From: an uncultured Chloroflexia bacterium
Lineage (GTDB): Bacteria > Chloroflexota > Anaerolineae > CG2-30-64-16
NCBI GenBank assembly: GCA_963774265.1
Contig: CAVZDU010000001.1
Span: forward strand, 864,001-928,000
Direction of reading: 5' to 3'
DNA: 64,000 nucleotides
Of the stretch, positions 41,499-52,400 are shown in pieces. The notes beneath the pieces are model-generated. The model worked only from the letters and a program-made list of their open reading frames with translations, searched no databases and was not told the origin of the DNA. The stretch's first letter is position 1. Every line of letters starts with the position of its first letter. A program made the translations under genes and the position numbers.

Positions 41499-43426
41499 TC
41501 ACCTGCCGCTTCTTCCCTGGGGCATCAAACCCAGGATGCCGCCCCAATCGTGCCAGAACACCTTGGCCAGGTAAGAGAATGCCTCGTTCGAGGAGACCAC
41601 GAGCGACACCTCCCTGTTCAGCTTGGCGGATACCTCGCCGCCGTTGAGGCTGCCGGCCATCACCCACCCCTGCCCGCCGATCTGCGCGAGCAACATCTTG
41701 TTATGGATGCCCAGGCCCGTCGGGTTGGCGCGGCGCACCTCCAGGTCTAGCCCCTCGGCGCGGGCCACCGCGGTCAGGTATTCCGCTGTGCGCAGGTTGC
41801 TCCGCGAGCTCGCCAGGTCGTCGAAGAAGGCGTCGAGGAGCAGCCGGACGCGTGCGCCGCGGCGCGCGGCGTTGATGTAGGCCTGCAGCCGGGGATTGGG
41901 ATCGGTCTCGACGCTGCTGCTGGATGGCCCCCAAAAAGTGGGTTCATCCAACTGTTCAATTAGCAGCTCGTCGCCCGCACCTGCACGCCCGACCAGGCCC
42001 AGAAGGCAGTCAACCGTACGCAGCGAATGCTCGGGCGATTGACACACCTCAAAATGAAACCGGCCCTGGATCGCCAGCGGCTCGGGAAAACGCACAGCGT
42101 AGCGGTCACCACCACTGATCAAGATGGGCGAGAAGTCTGGCGGGGCCGCGCCCAGGTCAGGATCGGACGCGACGTAGGGCCAGACGTCGAGGTGCGTTGC
42201 ATCCATGTCGGCGGCCATGATTTCCCGAACGCGTGCCACGACGACCGGAGCATCGGTTGCCAGGTAGACGCCGCGCCGCCCCAGGGTGCCATCGGACTTG
42301 TCATCATTTGGGAATGAATCGGGGCTCGGATTTTCCGTGCCGATCAGGGCCAGCCGGTCGTCCACCAGCCACAGCTTGGCGTGCTGGTACAGGTACCGGT
42401 CGTGGATGTCGGCGCTGTTATCGGCGCGCATGTAGTAGATCTGCCCCCGGCCTCCGCGATGCGCCCGATCACCCACCGCTGCTGGTCGATGACGCCGCCG
42501 GGCGGTGCGCCCTCCAGCAGTATGATGACTGCCACGCCCTTTCGGGCCTGCTCGGCCAGGATGTCGCCGAGGGTCGCGTTTTCCAGGGTGTAGCCTTCGA
42601 AATGGATGCTGCTCGTGGCTGAGCGCAGGTGCGCGGCCAGAACGTCGAAAGCGTGGTCAGGCGCGACGAACACCTGCAACTGGGCCACTTGGTCGCCCAC
42701 TGCGGGCAGGAAGAAGCGGTCCAGCGACCCACCGGGGTAGCGCGCACGGCGGCCCCGCCAGATGTCCTCAGGATCTTGCGCCCAATCCTCAGCCGAGTCA
42801 GTGTCTGGCATGGGTAACCCGGTCCGCTCGTCAAGCTTCCTGCAGAGGATTTGGCCCTCCTGATGGAAGGCCGAGGTGGGCGTGTACGGCGCAACGCTCG
42901 CCCCGCGCCACCCACCGGCGGCCGTATCGCCTCCTTCGTAGACCAGCACATCGCTGACCTGTCCGTCAGGCCGGCTAAGGATCAGTCGACCGCCCGTGTT
43001 GGCGAATTGGAGCACGCCTCCCTTCAGGTTGGGCGTGCTGGGACTTGTATCCGTGCCGTACTCGCAGTCCGGGAGCGCGCCAAACGACTTCTTGAATGCG
43101 ACGGCCTCGCGTGCGCACCACAGCGCGCCATGGGGCGCCAGGGCGAGCCCGCCGGCGAATGTGGTTGTTCGGCTGCCGGCGGAAAGCTGCCAGCCGTCCA
43201 GGGGCACGGCGAAGTCGTTCGGGTTGTAGATCTGAAAAGCTTCGTCTGCTTCGCCGCTGACGAAGCCGTCGTGAAACAAAGCCGAGACCAGGACGGCCCT
43301 TGCTTGGGAGTTCGATATTAGGGGGAGCCGGATCATAGGTGGCGGCGCGACATCCTGGGCTGAGGCGAGCAGCGCCAGGCAACCAAGCAGTGCGACAGCG
43401 AGAGCAGCGACGAGCCGGCGAGTCAT
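41499..43426 (-). CDS. Secreted lamin-tail-domain plus phospholipase D-family protein; -1 frameshift in a G run near 42445
   Basis: Signal peptide, LTD-like region (E...IYN...VPLDGW.L), HKD-like motifs HAKLWLVD and HNKMLL. Confidence 0.8.
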
Positions 43427-43601
43427 TGGCGGCCTCCATGCGGGGTGATTAGCCCAGTATAGCACCTTAAGAGCACGCCAGGACTCATCTCCTTATATGA
43501 GACATGACCCGGCCATCTGAATGGGATCGCCGGACTGGGCGCCGGCAGGCACGACGAAGAGGCTGACCATGACCAGGACAGCTAAGTGAGCAGAGGGTCG
43601 A

Positions 43602-43830
43602 TCAGAGGGATTCGTAGCCGTTATCTGAGTGTCGTTGGTGAATCGAGAGGAGCGCACCGTGGGGACATGCCAGGACGCATGCCTTGCAGCCCAGGCAGCG
43701 GGATGAATCCACTGCGGGCAGGTCGCCGCGCTCGAACTGCATGATGGCGCGCGGTTTGCACACACGCCACCGCGGAACACGATGAGCAAGATTGGCAGAG
43801 TGCCGGTTCGACGTAGAGAGTAGGGCGCAC
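43602..43830 (-). CDS. Small 4Fe-4S dicluster ferredoxin; +1 frameshift near 43765
   Basis: Joined frames give CQSCSSC....VCKPRAI ... CLGCKACVLACPHGAL. Confidence 0.7.
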
Positions 43831-43927
43831 GAATCAACTCCGTGGGGCGGATTATAGCTTCTGCGGGGGATCGCGTGCAAACGCGTGCCAGCAGGATACT
43901 CGAACCTCAGGCCCTGTTGGCACACGT

Positions 43928-44140
43928 TCACTTGAGCAGCGGTATCTCCACCGGATCTTCCTTGGGCTGGCAAATCCCGCAGTAGAGCGCATTGCCCACC
44001 ACCAGCGCCTTCTGAACCCCCTCGTCGTTGCGGTAGAGCGCCTCGATATGCGGCAGGCTGCGAGCATGTTCGCGGCACACTCCCCGACCGCAAAACCGGC
44101 AGGCGCCCTGGGCTGGTCGATCGCAGTGCCAGCAGTTCAT
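43928..44140 (-). CDS. Small Cys-rich putative zinc-binding protein
   Basis: CWHC..P..G.CRFCGRGVC.EH ... CGIC; AGGAGG RBS. Confidence 0.75.
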   Translation of the reverse strand: MNCWHCDRPAQGACRFCGRGVCREHARSLPHIEALYRNDEGVQKALVVGNALYCGICQPKEDPVEIPLLK

Positions 44141-44168
44141 GATTCCTCCTGATTTCGGACGCGCAGAG

Positions 44169-47100
44169 CTAGGACCCTAAGTCCAGTATCCGGCGGCTGG
44201 ACTCGCGCTCCAGGCCCTGCGCCACGGCAAATTGTTCCGCCACGAGCCGGTCAAAGTCGACTTTGTCCAACGCCAGAGTGCTGATGTGGGTGAGTGCACG
44301 AGACGGACGCGGTGCGCGGCACCGACAGCAGCAGCGCGATTTCTCCTAAATATTCCCCGGGCCCGCGTTGGGCCACTGTGATCGTCTCACCTGCGCGCTC
44401 GGCCAACACCTCCACCCGTCCGGATTGGATGACGTAGAACGTTTCGCCAACCTCACCCTGGCGCATCAGGTACGCCCCAGCCAGGTAACCCTCTTCGCGC
44501 ATCTGGGCGGCGATATGCTGGATTTGCGAGCCGTCCATCTCTGCGAAGAGCGGGATGCGCCGCAGTAGCTCGGCGCGCGTCACCGACCGGTCCAGTTTGT
44601 CGCGCATGGCGAACCGGTCCTTCACCATGCGTTCGAAATCCCCGCGGCTGAGGCAGAGGAGGGTCGTGGGCACGGTGGCGACACAACTTGCTGTACGTGG
44701 CACGTCGCGCAGCAGGGCGGTTTCGCCGAAATGGCCGCCGCGCCCTAACTGATTGACGACCGCACTGATTCCTCGCTCGTCGCGCTGGCGCACCTCCACG
44801 TGCCCCTGGTGAACGATATAGAAGCGGTCCCCGGCCTCGCCCTGGCGGATGATCGCCTCGCCCGCGGCGTATCGCGTGGGGATGAGGCGCGTGGCTAATG
44901 CCGCGAGTTCGTCTTGATTCATAGTGGCGAGGAGCGGCATGCCGCGCAGGAGGAGAGTGACATCCCGATTGGTCGCGGCGAAGCCCGAGCTGAGCGCTGA
45001 GGCCCGCGGCATGAGCCGGAAGAGATACTGCGTGCCGATCTCCCGCACTTCCCACGGCAGGCCGTCGAACGCGCAGCGCAGCGCGGCGAGGGTAAAGGGC
45101 TCCCCCATCTCGGCCGCGGCCAGATCTAGCAGTGTGCTAAGCGCCGCGGCGTACGCTTCGCCCCGACGGATGAGCGGAAGATCGGGGGGCAGCGCGTCCT
45201 GCAACTGCCCCGCCCCCAGGCTCACCCGCCAGCCCGCTGCCAGGGCATAGCCGTTGAACTGCCCTGCAATCGCAGCCGCGCTGCGACGGCCCGCGATCTC
45301 GATCAGGTGGGCATGTATTCCGCCGGCCGTCGCCGCAAATGCTTGTTGCAGCCGGCGCGCGTCGCCGCTAAGCGCAAGATCGCCCTCCCGACGCGCCAGG
45401 CGGTTTTCGGCCGAGACGGCGTCGGCGGCGACCGCGCGGGTGTATGCCAGGTGGTGCAAGTAAAGCCCCGACGCCAGGAGCAGGTAGGGGAGAGCCGGTG
45501 GCAGGTGCGTGAGCGCAAAAATCGCCAGTCCCGCAAGCGCGGTCGTCACGGCGGTCCAGGCCGGCGCAGCGCGCGTCCTCCAGAACGCGGCGAGCGTGGG
45601 GATCAGCAGCGCCGCGGCCAGCCACGGAAGCTCCACCGCGTTGAACGCCAGGTATGCCGCGGCGTCGCCTCCCTTCCAGCCGGCCTGCACGAGTACGACG
45701 AATAGGCAGTAGCCCACCCCGGCGCCGAGCCCTACGGCCGCCTTTTCGGCCGCGGTCGCTTCCCGCAGGTTGGCGCCGGCAAACAGCAGCGCAGCCCCTA
45801 ACAATAGCCCGGCGCTGCTCAATAGTCCGAAAGCTGTGTGAGGGTTGCGCCATTCGCCGGCGGCGGAAGTGAGGCCAGTGAGCTCGAACAACGCGAGTGC
45901 GAGCGCGGCCGCGGCCCAAACGGTGTAGGCGGCTGCGAAGCGTGAGCCCGCATAGCCGCGGGCGCTTCGCCAGCCGAACCAGGTCGCCGCGATCAGCGCG
46001 GCAACCCCGACCAACTGCGCGACGAGCGGGTAGTCCAGCAACTCCGGCAAGGCCGCCAGAAGGGTGCTCGCGAGGAGGAGCAGTGCGAACACACGCCAGA
46101 GACTGCGGAACAGGCCGCGACGCTGGGCCGCGGCCAACCAGCCTCGGACCAGCCGGTATGGGATCGCGCCAAGGACTGCCACAAATAAGGCGCTGATCAC
46201 GACCCCGAGCAGCCCCAGCGCCCAGCGCCCGGGTCCGGCCCCGCCTTCCCATAGGCTGCGCACGCCTTGTACTAAGCGCGTCTGCCAGAAAACCAGGCCA
46301 GCGTAGACGGCGTAGACCGTCCAGGCTGCTGCCAGCAGGCCAAACACCACGAAAATCTGCTCTTCGGCCGTCAACCTGGCCCGCTGCTGTGGCTGCGCCA
46401 TGCGGGGCAGGCGCATCTCACGTACTTTTGCCGGCAGGCCGATACGCAAGAACTCCATGGATTTGCGTCGCAACTGGGAGATTCCCAGCCAATCCATGAG
46501 CAGGTAGTAACCGTCCAGTTCCAGTAGGGGGTTGAGGTTAATAAAGACCAGGATGTAGCAAGTAAAGGCGAACTTGAAGAGCAGGGGGTTGGGCGGCAGC
46601 ACCGGCCAGGCGACCATAACCAACGTGACCAGTCCGGCCAGGATCAACCCGGAGTATGGGCCAGCCCAGGTGACTGCCAGGCGCGCGCGCTTTCCCTCAA
46701 GCCACATATCGGTTGTGTCCACGAAGAACGCGGGCATACCGAAGTAGATCATCACGCCGGCCCGCCGGACCTCACGGCGGTAGTGCTTGACCGTCAGGGC
46801 ATGTGCCAACTCGTGCAGGAAAACCGCGACGAACTGGGCGGCAATGAGCATGACAAGGCCAAGTCCATATGAACCGGCTTCGCTCACCAGGCTGTATCTA
46901 CCTGATATGAACAGCTTGCCGTATAAGACCAGGCCTACCAGGCTGAGCACCACATAGAGGATCTGTGCCGGCTTGGTGAATAGCAGCCAGCCCGCGGCTT
47001 TATAGAGACGATCCAGCGCGCCGTCCAGTCCGCTGATCGCCAGGGGGGTTTGCAGGAAGGCGTGCCAGAGGCGCCCCAGGCGCACACGCAAGCGGCGTCC

Positions 47101-47508
47101 CTCCAGGCTCTCATGCACTTGCCGGTAGACGCCCACAGGTTTGTCAGTCAGGAATCCGTTGATCCTGAGCCCGGTCACTAGCCCGGCGACGCGGCCGAAC
47201 GCGAAGGAGCCGTATTGGCCAAAATAGGCCACCACCAGATCCTTCACCGTCCGCGTGCCGTCCATTAGCTCCCACAGGAAGGCATCCCGGTCGCTGAGTT
47301 GATAATAGGTTTTCGTCGTAGGGTTTTTGATAACAGTGTAAGGACCGTCCCGACCGTCCAGCCGGCTCGCGATCACGCCAGGCACAGCCTGTGGTCGGAC
47401 CATCGCCACGTCGAACCGCTCCTGCAACCATGCCCACAACCCCGTACGACCCTCATCGGGCCGTCCGGCGTCGAGCCGCAGGTTTTCCCAGAGCGATGTG
47501 GCAGCCAT
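44169..47508 (-). CDS. RRE/PqqD domain - M50 intramembrane Zn peptidase - multi-TM - two cNMP-binding domains; +1 frameshift near 44301
   Basis: YYQLS...FLWELMDGTRTVKDL (RRE-like); HELAH and NLNPLLELDGY (M50); two G..GE.ALL..PRTAS cNMP motifs; corrected C-terminus RALTHISTLALDKVDFDRL...LGS*. Confidence 0.85.
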
Positions 47509-47642
47509 GTGTCTGTTTCGCCCCTCACTCCCCTTGCGGGGATGTTCCACGCGCGGCAAGACCGACAGAGCCAAGGAGTGGAAACATTCACCTGTTTCTA
47601 CCCCTTGGACCTCAGTCGGTCAATGTATCTTTTTCGTCAGTA

Positions 47643-48596
47643 CTACACCAGCGTGCCCGGCAGCTTGCTCAGAACGATCGCGAGTTGCTGTGCGGAGAGC
47701 TGGGCTAATTGTTGTGCCGAGAGACTGGCGGCTTGTTCAGCCGTCATGGCCGACAATTGCTGGGCCGACATATGGCTGAGCTGCTCGGCGGATAGGGCGA
47801 CCATCTGCTGCGCCGACATGTGACTGAGTTGCTCGGCGGAGAGGCTGGCCATCTGCTGGGCCGACATGTGGCTCAGTTGCTCGGCGGAGAGGGCGGCCAT
47901 CTGCTGGGCCGACATGTGGCTCAGTTGCTCGGCGGAGAGGCTGGCCATCTGCTGGGCCGACATGTGGCTCAGTTGCTCGGCGGAGAGGCTGGCCATCTGC
48001 TGGGCCGACATATGGCTCAGTTGCTCGGCGGAGAGGCTGGCCATCTGCTGGGCCGACATGTGGCTCAGTTGCTCGGCAGAGAGGCTGGCCATCTGCTGGG
48101 CCGACATGTGGTTCAATTGCTCGGCGGAGAGGGCGGCCATCTGCTGGGCCGACATGTGGCTCAGTTGCTCGGCGGAGAGGGCGGCCATCTGCTGCGCCGA
48201 CATGTGGCTCAGTTGCTCGGCAGAGAGGCTGGCCATCTGCTGCGCCGACATGTGACTGAGCTGCTCGGCGGAGAGGCTGGCCATCTGCTGCGCCGATATG
48301 TGGCTGAGCTGCTCGGCCGAGAGGCTAGCCGCTTGCTGGGCTGCCTGGCTGGCAGCGGTGGCTTGGCCGCTCAAAGCTGAGAGGAGGCCGAGCGCGGTGG
48401 CCTTGGAGACGCGCTCGTCCAGGACGCCAGCGAAAGAGTCCATAGTCTCGAAATCGATAGCCTTCAATGCGGCGCTCTCGGACGCAGTCAGATCATAACC
48501 TGTCAACGCCACATCGGGCCGTGCAAACAGCGCATTGCGGAACGCGCTATCGGTCACGGCCCTGCCGATGATCGCCTCCATCGCTTGCTTGGACAT
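47643..48596 (-). CDS. NHLP-clan (Os1348/Franean1_4349-like) leader protein with long 16-aa tandem repeat region, 317 aa
   Basis: MSKQAMEAIIGRAVTDSAFRNALF..PD.AL.GYDLT..E.AAL...LDERVSK leader; AAGGAG RBS; 12 x (S/A)LSAEQLSHMSAQQMA. Confidence 0.8.
   Translation of the reverse strand: MSKQAMEAIIGRAVTDSAFRNALFARPDVALTGYDLTASESAALKAIDFETMDSFAGVLDERVSKATALGLLSALSGQATAASQAAQQAASLSAEQLSHISAQQMASLSAEQLSHMSAQQMASLSAEQLSHMSAQQMAALSAEQLSHMSAQQMAALSAEQLNHMSAQQMASLSAEQLSHMSAQQMASLSAEQLSHMSAQQMASLSAEQLSHMSAQQMASLSAEQLSHMSAQQMAALSAEQLSHMSAQQMASLSAEQLSHMSAQQMVALSAEQLSHMSAQQLSAMTAEQAASLSAQQLAQLSAQQLAIVLSKLPGTLV
47751..48326. repeat. Coding tandem repeat, 12 x 48 bp
   Basis: Near-identical 48-bp units with mostly synonymous variation and no spacers. 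Confidence 0.95.
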
Positions 48597-48695
48597 CTTG
48601 GTGCTCCTTTTTGGGCTCGAGGTGTTTATTTGTTCGACTGGCCCCATGTTACGGCAAAAGCTGCGCCCGCGCTGCGATGCGCGCCACACCGGCGG

Positions 48696-48711
48696 AGTGA
48701 TCTACATCACA
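48696..48711. promoter_or_regulatory. CRP-type binding site upstream of the leader-repeat gene
   Basis: Minus strand TGTGA-TGTAGA-TCACT, 9/10 match to TGTGA-N6-TCACA; candidate -10 TAACAT at 48646-48651. Confidence 0.75.
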
Positions 48712-48717
48712 CCCCGG

Positions 48718-49407
48718 TCAATAGTTGATCTTCCGCCACAGCCCGACGCGATCCAGGATCGTGATCTTCTGGCCGACCAACTCGATCAGACCTTGATCCC
48801 GGAAAGTCGAGAGAACCTTGTTGACCGTCTCTCGGGAACTGGCGACCCAACTCGCAAGCTCCGCCTGTGTCAGGCCCAGATCCAGCTCCAGGCCGCTCCC
48901 CCGCGGGGACTGCGCGCCGAAACGGTCAGCCAGCTCCAGGAGTCGCATGGCGACCCGGCCATTGGCGTCAAGAAAGGCCAGGCTCTCAGCGTATGCCGTC
49001 GTGTACCGCAATCGTGCGGCGAGAATCTCGAGGAGCCGCACCGCCAGGCGAGGATGATCCTCCAACTGTTGAAAGAAATCCTCCCGTCGCAGAGCTAAAG
49101 TCTGGGTAGGTTCCACCGCCACTGCACTGGCAGAGCGGGGGCGACCGTCGAGAAAACCCAGTTCGCCGATGACTTCGCCCGGGCCGTAAACGTTCAAGGA
49201 AATCTCCTGGCCGGATTCGCTGAGAATGAAGATGCGCACCCGGCCCGATTCGATGATGTAGAGGGTTTGGCCCGGGCTATCCTTGTGGAAGATGAAAACT
49301 CCCTTGCCGAATACGCGCGTCACCAGGCAAGTCGCAACTTCGGCAAGCTCTGAATCGGACAGGCCGTTAAGGAGCGAGGACTTGCGTAACTTGTCTATTC
49401 CTGGCAT
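48718..49407 (-). CDS. Crp/Fnr-family transcriptional regulator (cNMP-binding)
   Basis: GELGFLDG.PRSASA pocket; HTH LTQAELASWVASSRETVNK. Confidence 0.93.
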   Translation of the reverse strand: MPGIDKLRKSSLLNGLSDSELAEVATCLVTRVFGKGVFIFHKDSPGQTLYIIESGRVRIFILSESGQEISLNVYGPGEVIGELGFLDGRPRSASAVAVEPTQTLALRREDFFQQLEDHPRLAVRLLEILAARLRYTTAYAESLAFLDANGRVAMRLLELADRFGAQSPRGSGLELDLGLTQAELASWVASSRETVNKVLSTFRDQGLIELVGQKITILDRVGLWRKINY

Positions 49408-49442
49408 CGAGACCTCATTGCTTTCGGCGTCCTATCTTGCTT

Positions 49443-52400
49443 TCAGCCAATCATATTCAACAACCTTATCAGCGCCTCGATGTTCTTGCGTTTCCCCTCA
49501 TCACGGAGGCGCCGAGCAGCAGTCGTGAAGTAACGGTGCTCGCGGGAGAACTTCAGTTGACGACGATACCATTCAGTCTCGCTCACTGGTGCGCCAAGGG
49601 CCGCCAGTTCGGCGCGCAGGGCCTGGCTCCGGTCGAGAGCATCATCCCGACCGAGGTTATCCAGGTCAGCGTCGGCGAGGATCTCCTCGAGGGGCGTGCG
49701 TGGAGACTGCGGCAGGCGGGTGGCCAGGATCATGCCTTGCACCGCCGCCACCTGCTCCGACGTGAAGCCGAACCGGGGCAAGACCTGTGCCGCGATCTCC
49801 GCGCCGGCGCGTTCGTGTTCGTGGCTGGGAACCGTCCCCCTGGGACGTTGAACCACAAACCCGATATCGTGGTAGACGGCGCCGATCTCCAGCAGCTGCG
49901 CATCTTCGGGGCTGACCCCCACCAGGGTTGCCAGACACTGGGTCGCGGGCAGCACGTCGTCTCGTGTGTGGGCCAGGCTGTGATAGGTCAGCTCGGGGGC
50001 TAACTCGCGTTCCAGGCGGTTCAGTGCGTAACGGATCGCACCCTCAAAATCTGGCCCGGCGTGCGCAGTGCCGTCTCCGTCCCACAGGGATGGTTCCCAA
50101 TAGTAAGCGGAGCTCAGGACGGCCGACTGCGCATCCAACTCCAGGCTTTCGCAGAGGAGTTGTTCGGCCTCCCCGAAAGCGCCGTGCGCCTGGGCTTGCT
50201 TGCCGGCCGTTTCCAGGTATTCGATGGCCTTCGCCGGCTCACCGCCATGACGCCAATGATGCGCCAGGATGACGTACCAGGGTGAGAGGTCGGATCGATA
50301 GTTTTCTTCGTACTTTTCGGCGGCCCGCCGGTGAAGACGTCGCCGCTGCATGAACAGCATCGAGGTGTACGCAGCATGATGAACGGCCCCGTCTGCGAAG
50401 GCATACGACCTATCCGCCACTCCCCCCGCGCCGCAAATAAGCAAGCCCTGCTCTGCCAGGCCATCCAGGAGATCATTCAGATGCGCCTTTTCGGAGTCGA
50501 CCGGGAAGATTTCGCGGAGCATCGTGCTCACGAAGGTCGTGCCCAGGACGCTGGCCACCTTCAGCACTAATTGCTCGGACGGCGAGAGGTGATCCAGCCG
50601 ATTGCGGATCGCTGTCGAATATGGGGCCATTCCCTTCGCCTCACCAGCGGAAACACCGGTCGGACGGTAGACAACCACCGGCTGCATGAAACCCTTGACT
50701 CGAATCGGCGGCAATGCCGTGAAGGCCACCTGCCCCTGGGCTGCCCGGCAAATCTCCTCATCACACAAGATATCGCCTTCCGGCGCTGCGATCATGAGAC
50801 GCGCTGCCAGGTTGACCCGATCGCCCTGGATGCCGTAGGTGCGACGTCCCCTGCCGCCATAGGTGCCCACCAACGCCTGGCCCACGGCGACCCCGATCCG
50901 GATCGATCCCATGAACGCTAGCTCCGGCGGCGGTGAGAGCAGCTCAAGCGCAGCACAGACTGCGCGGGTCTCGTCATCGCTGTGCGCGATGGGCGCACCG
51001 AACGCAAGGCAAATATAACTCCCCTTGTCTCCCATGGTCAGGTGATCGAAGATTGCCTCGTAACCCTCGGCCACCCGTTGCACCCACCGGACATAAGCGT
51101 CGAGTTTTGTCCCCGCCTCTTCGTCCGCGTCGTAGTCGATACCTTTGAAGTTGAGGAACAATGCCGACACGGGGCGCAGCTCGGAGAGGAACTGCTTGTG
51201 GTCACTGCGGGCCCGCTCGTACACGGCAGGCAGCACCCATGGCCGGTACTCCGCATCGGAGAGGCCTTCTGTTGGCAATTCGGGCCACGGCGTGGGCGAC
51301 ACTCCTTCGACTGGGCCGCAGACGACGGCGATGGGCCTGTCCCGGTCATCTGTGCGCCATTCGCGTATGGTGAGTTGAAGGGTGCTCCGCTCGACTATGT
51401 CACCCCCCACGACAACTTCACCTCGATTGGCTGCGTGTTCGGCTGCGGCGAGCCGGTCGAGGGTCCGCCCAGCGATGGCCTCGATCACCTGGATCCCAGG
51501 ATCGCCGACCAGGAGGCGGCGCACCGGACCAGCCACGACCGCAACCTTGGCGGCCAACTCGAAGGTGGCGCCTTGGGGTGTGGTGACGGTGTTGCAGAGG
51601 GCCATCGCCTCTTGCATGGCCAGGCCGCACGCGACCGCAACCAGCTCTGCTGGCACACCTTGGGCACGTGGGAGTGATGTCGCGTCGTCAAACCAACACG
51701 TGATCGCGTCGCCGGCAAAGCCGATGACGCTGCCTCCGTAGCGGTGCACTTCGTCGATCAGCGCGGTGTAGATCTGGCTGATCGTGCGAGTCAGCTCTTC
51801 GGCGCCGCGTTCGAGCCCGAGTTCCTGCGCCAACGCCCCCGTCAGGGGGGTGAAGCCGGAGATGTCTGCGAACAGGGCCGCCCCGGTCGCCCGGTCGGGC
51901 AGGGTTTCGCCGCGCGCGAGCGCATGCTGGCGGTCCACCGGTATGTAAACGGTCAGCGGTTCGCCTTGCGCCCGTTTCATCTCCTCCATGTCGAGGCGTA
52001 ATTGCTCCAATTGCTGTCTCAGTCGTTGCTCGCGCAGGTAGACCTCGCGGGCCATACGCTGGAAGACGCGGGCCAGCCGGCCGAGGGCATCCTCGCGGGC
52101 GCCGACCGCGTCCAACGTGGCAGGATCGAAGCGGCCGGACTCCACCGCCTGGGCTGCGTCTGCCACGCGGCCTGCCTGCTCCAGGTACTCCAGCTCCAGG
52201 TCGCGCAGCCGCTTCTGTGCCAGGGACGCTTGGAGACGTGCCTGGAGCAGGGCGGGCTTGAAGGGCTTTGGCAGGTAGTCGGTTGCTCCTAGCTGGATGC
52301 AGCGGACCACGCTGTCGATTTCGTCGAGGGCCGAGATCATGATAACCGGAATGTGACGCAGGTGCGGGAGCGCCTTGACGTGGGCCAGTACCTGGTAGCC

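Noticed and set aside
47751-48326. 48-bp repeats as a CRISPR array
   Set aside because: Units are contiguous with no unique spacers, keep the reading frame and vary mostly at synonymous positions; no cas genes are present.
44169-48596. Assignment to a known RiPP class (daptide, epipeptide, NHLP-TOMM)
   Set aside because: The required modifying enzymes are absent from the window, and the core lacks the diagnostic residues (no C-terminal Thr, no Cys, no Gly-Gly).
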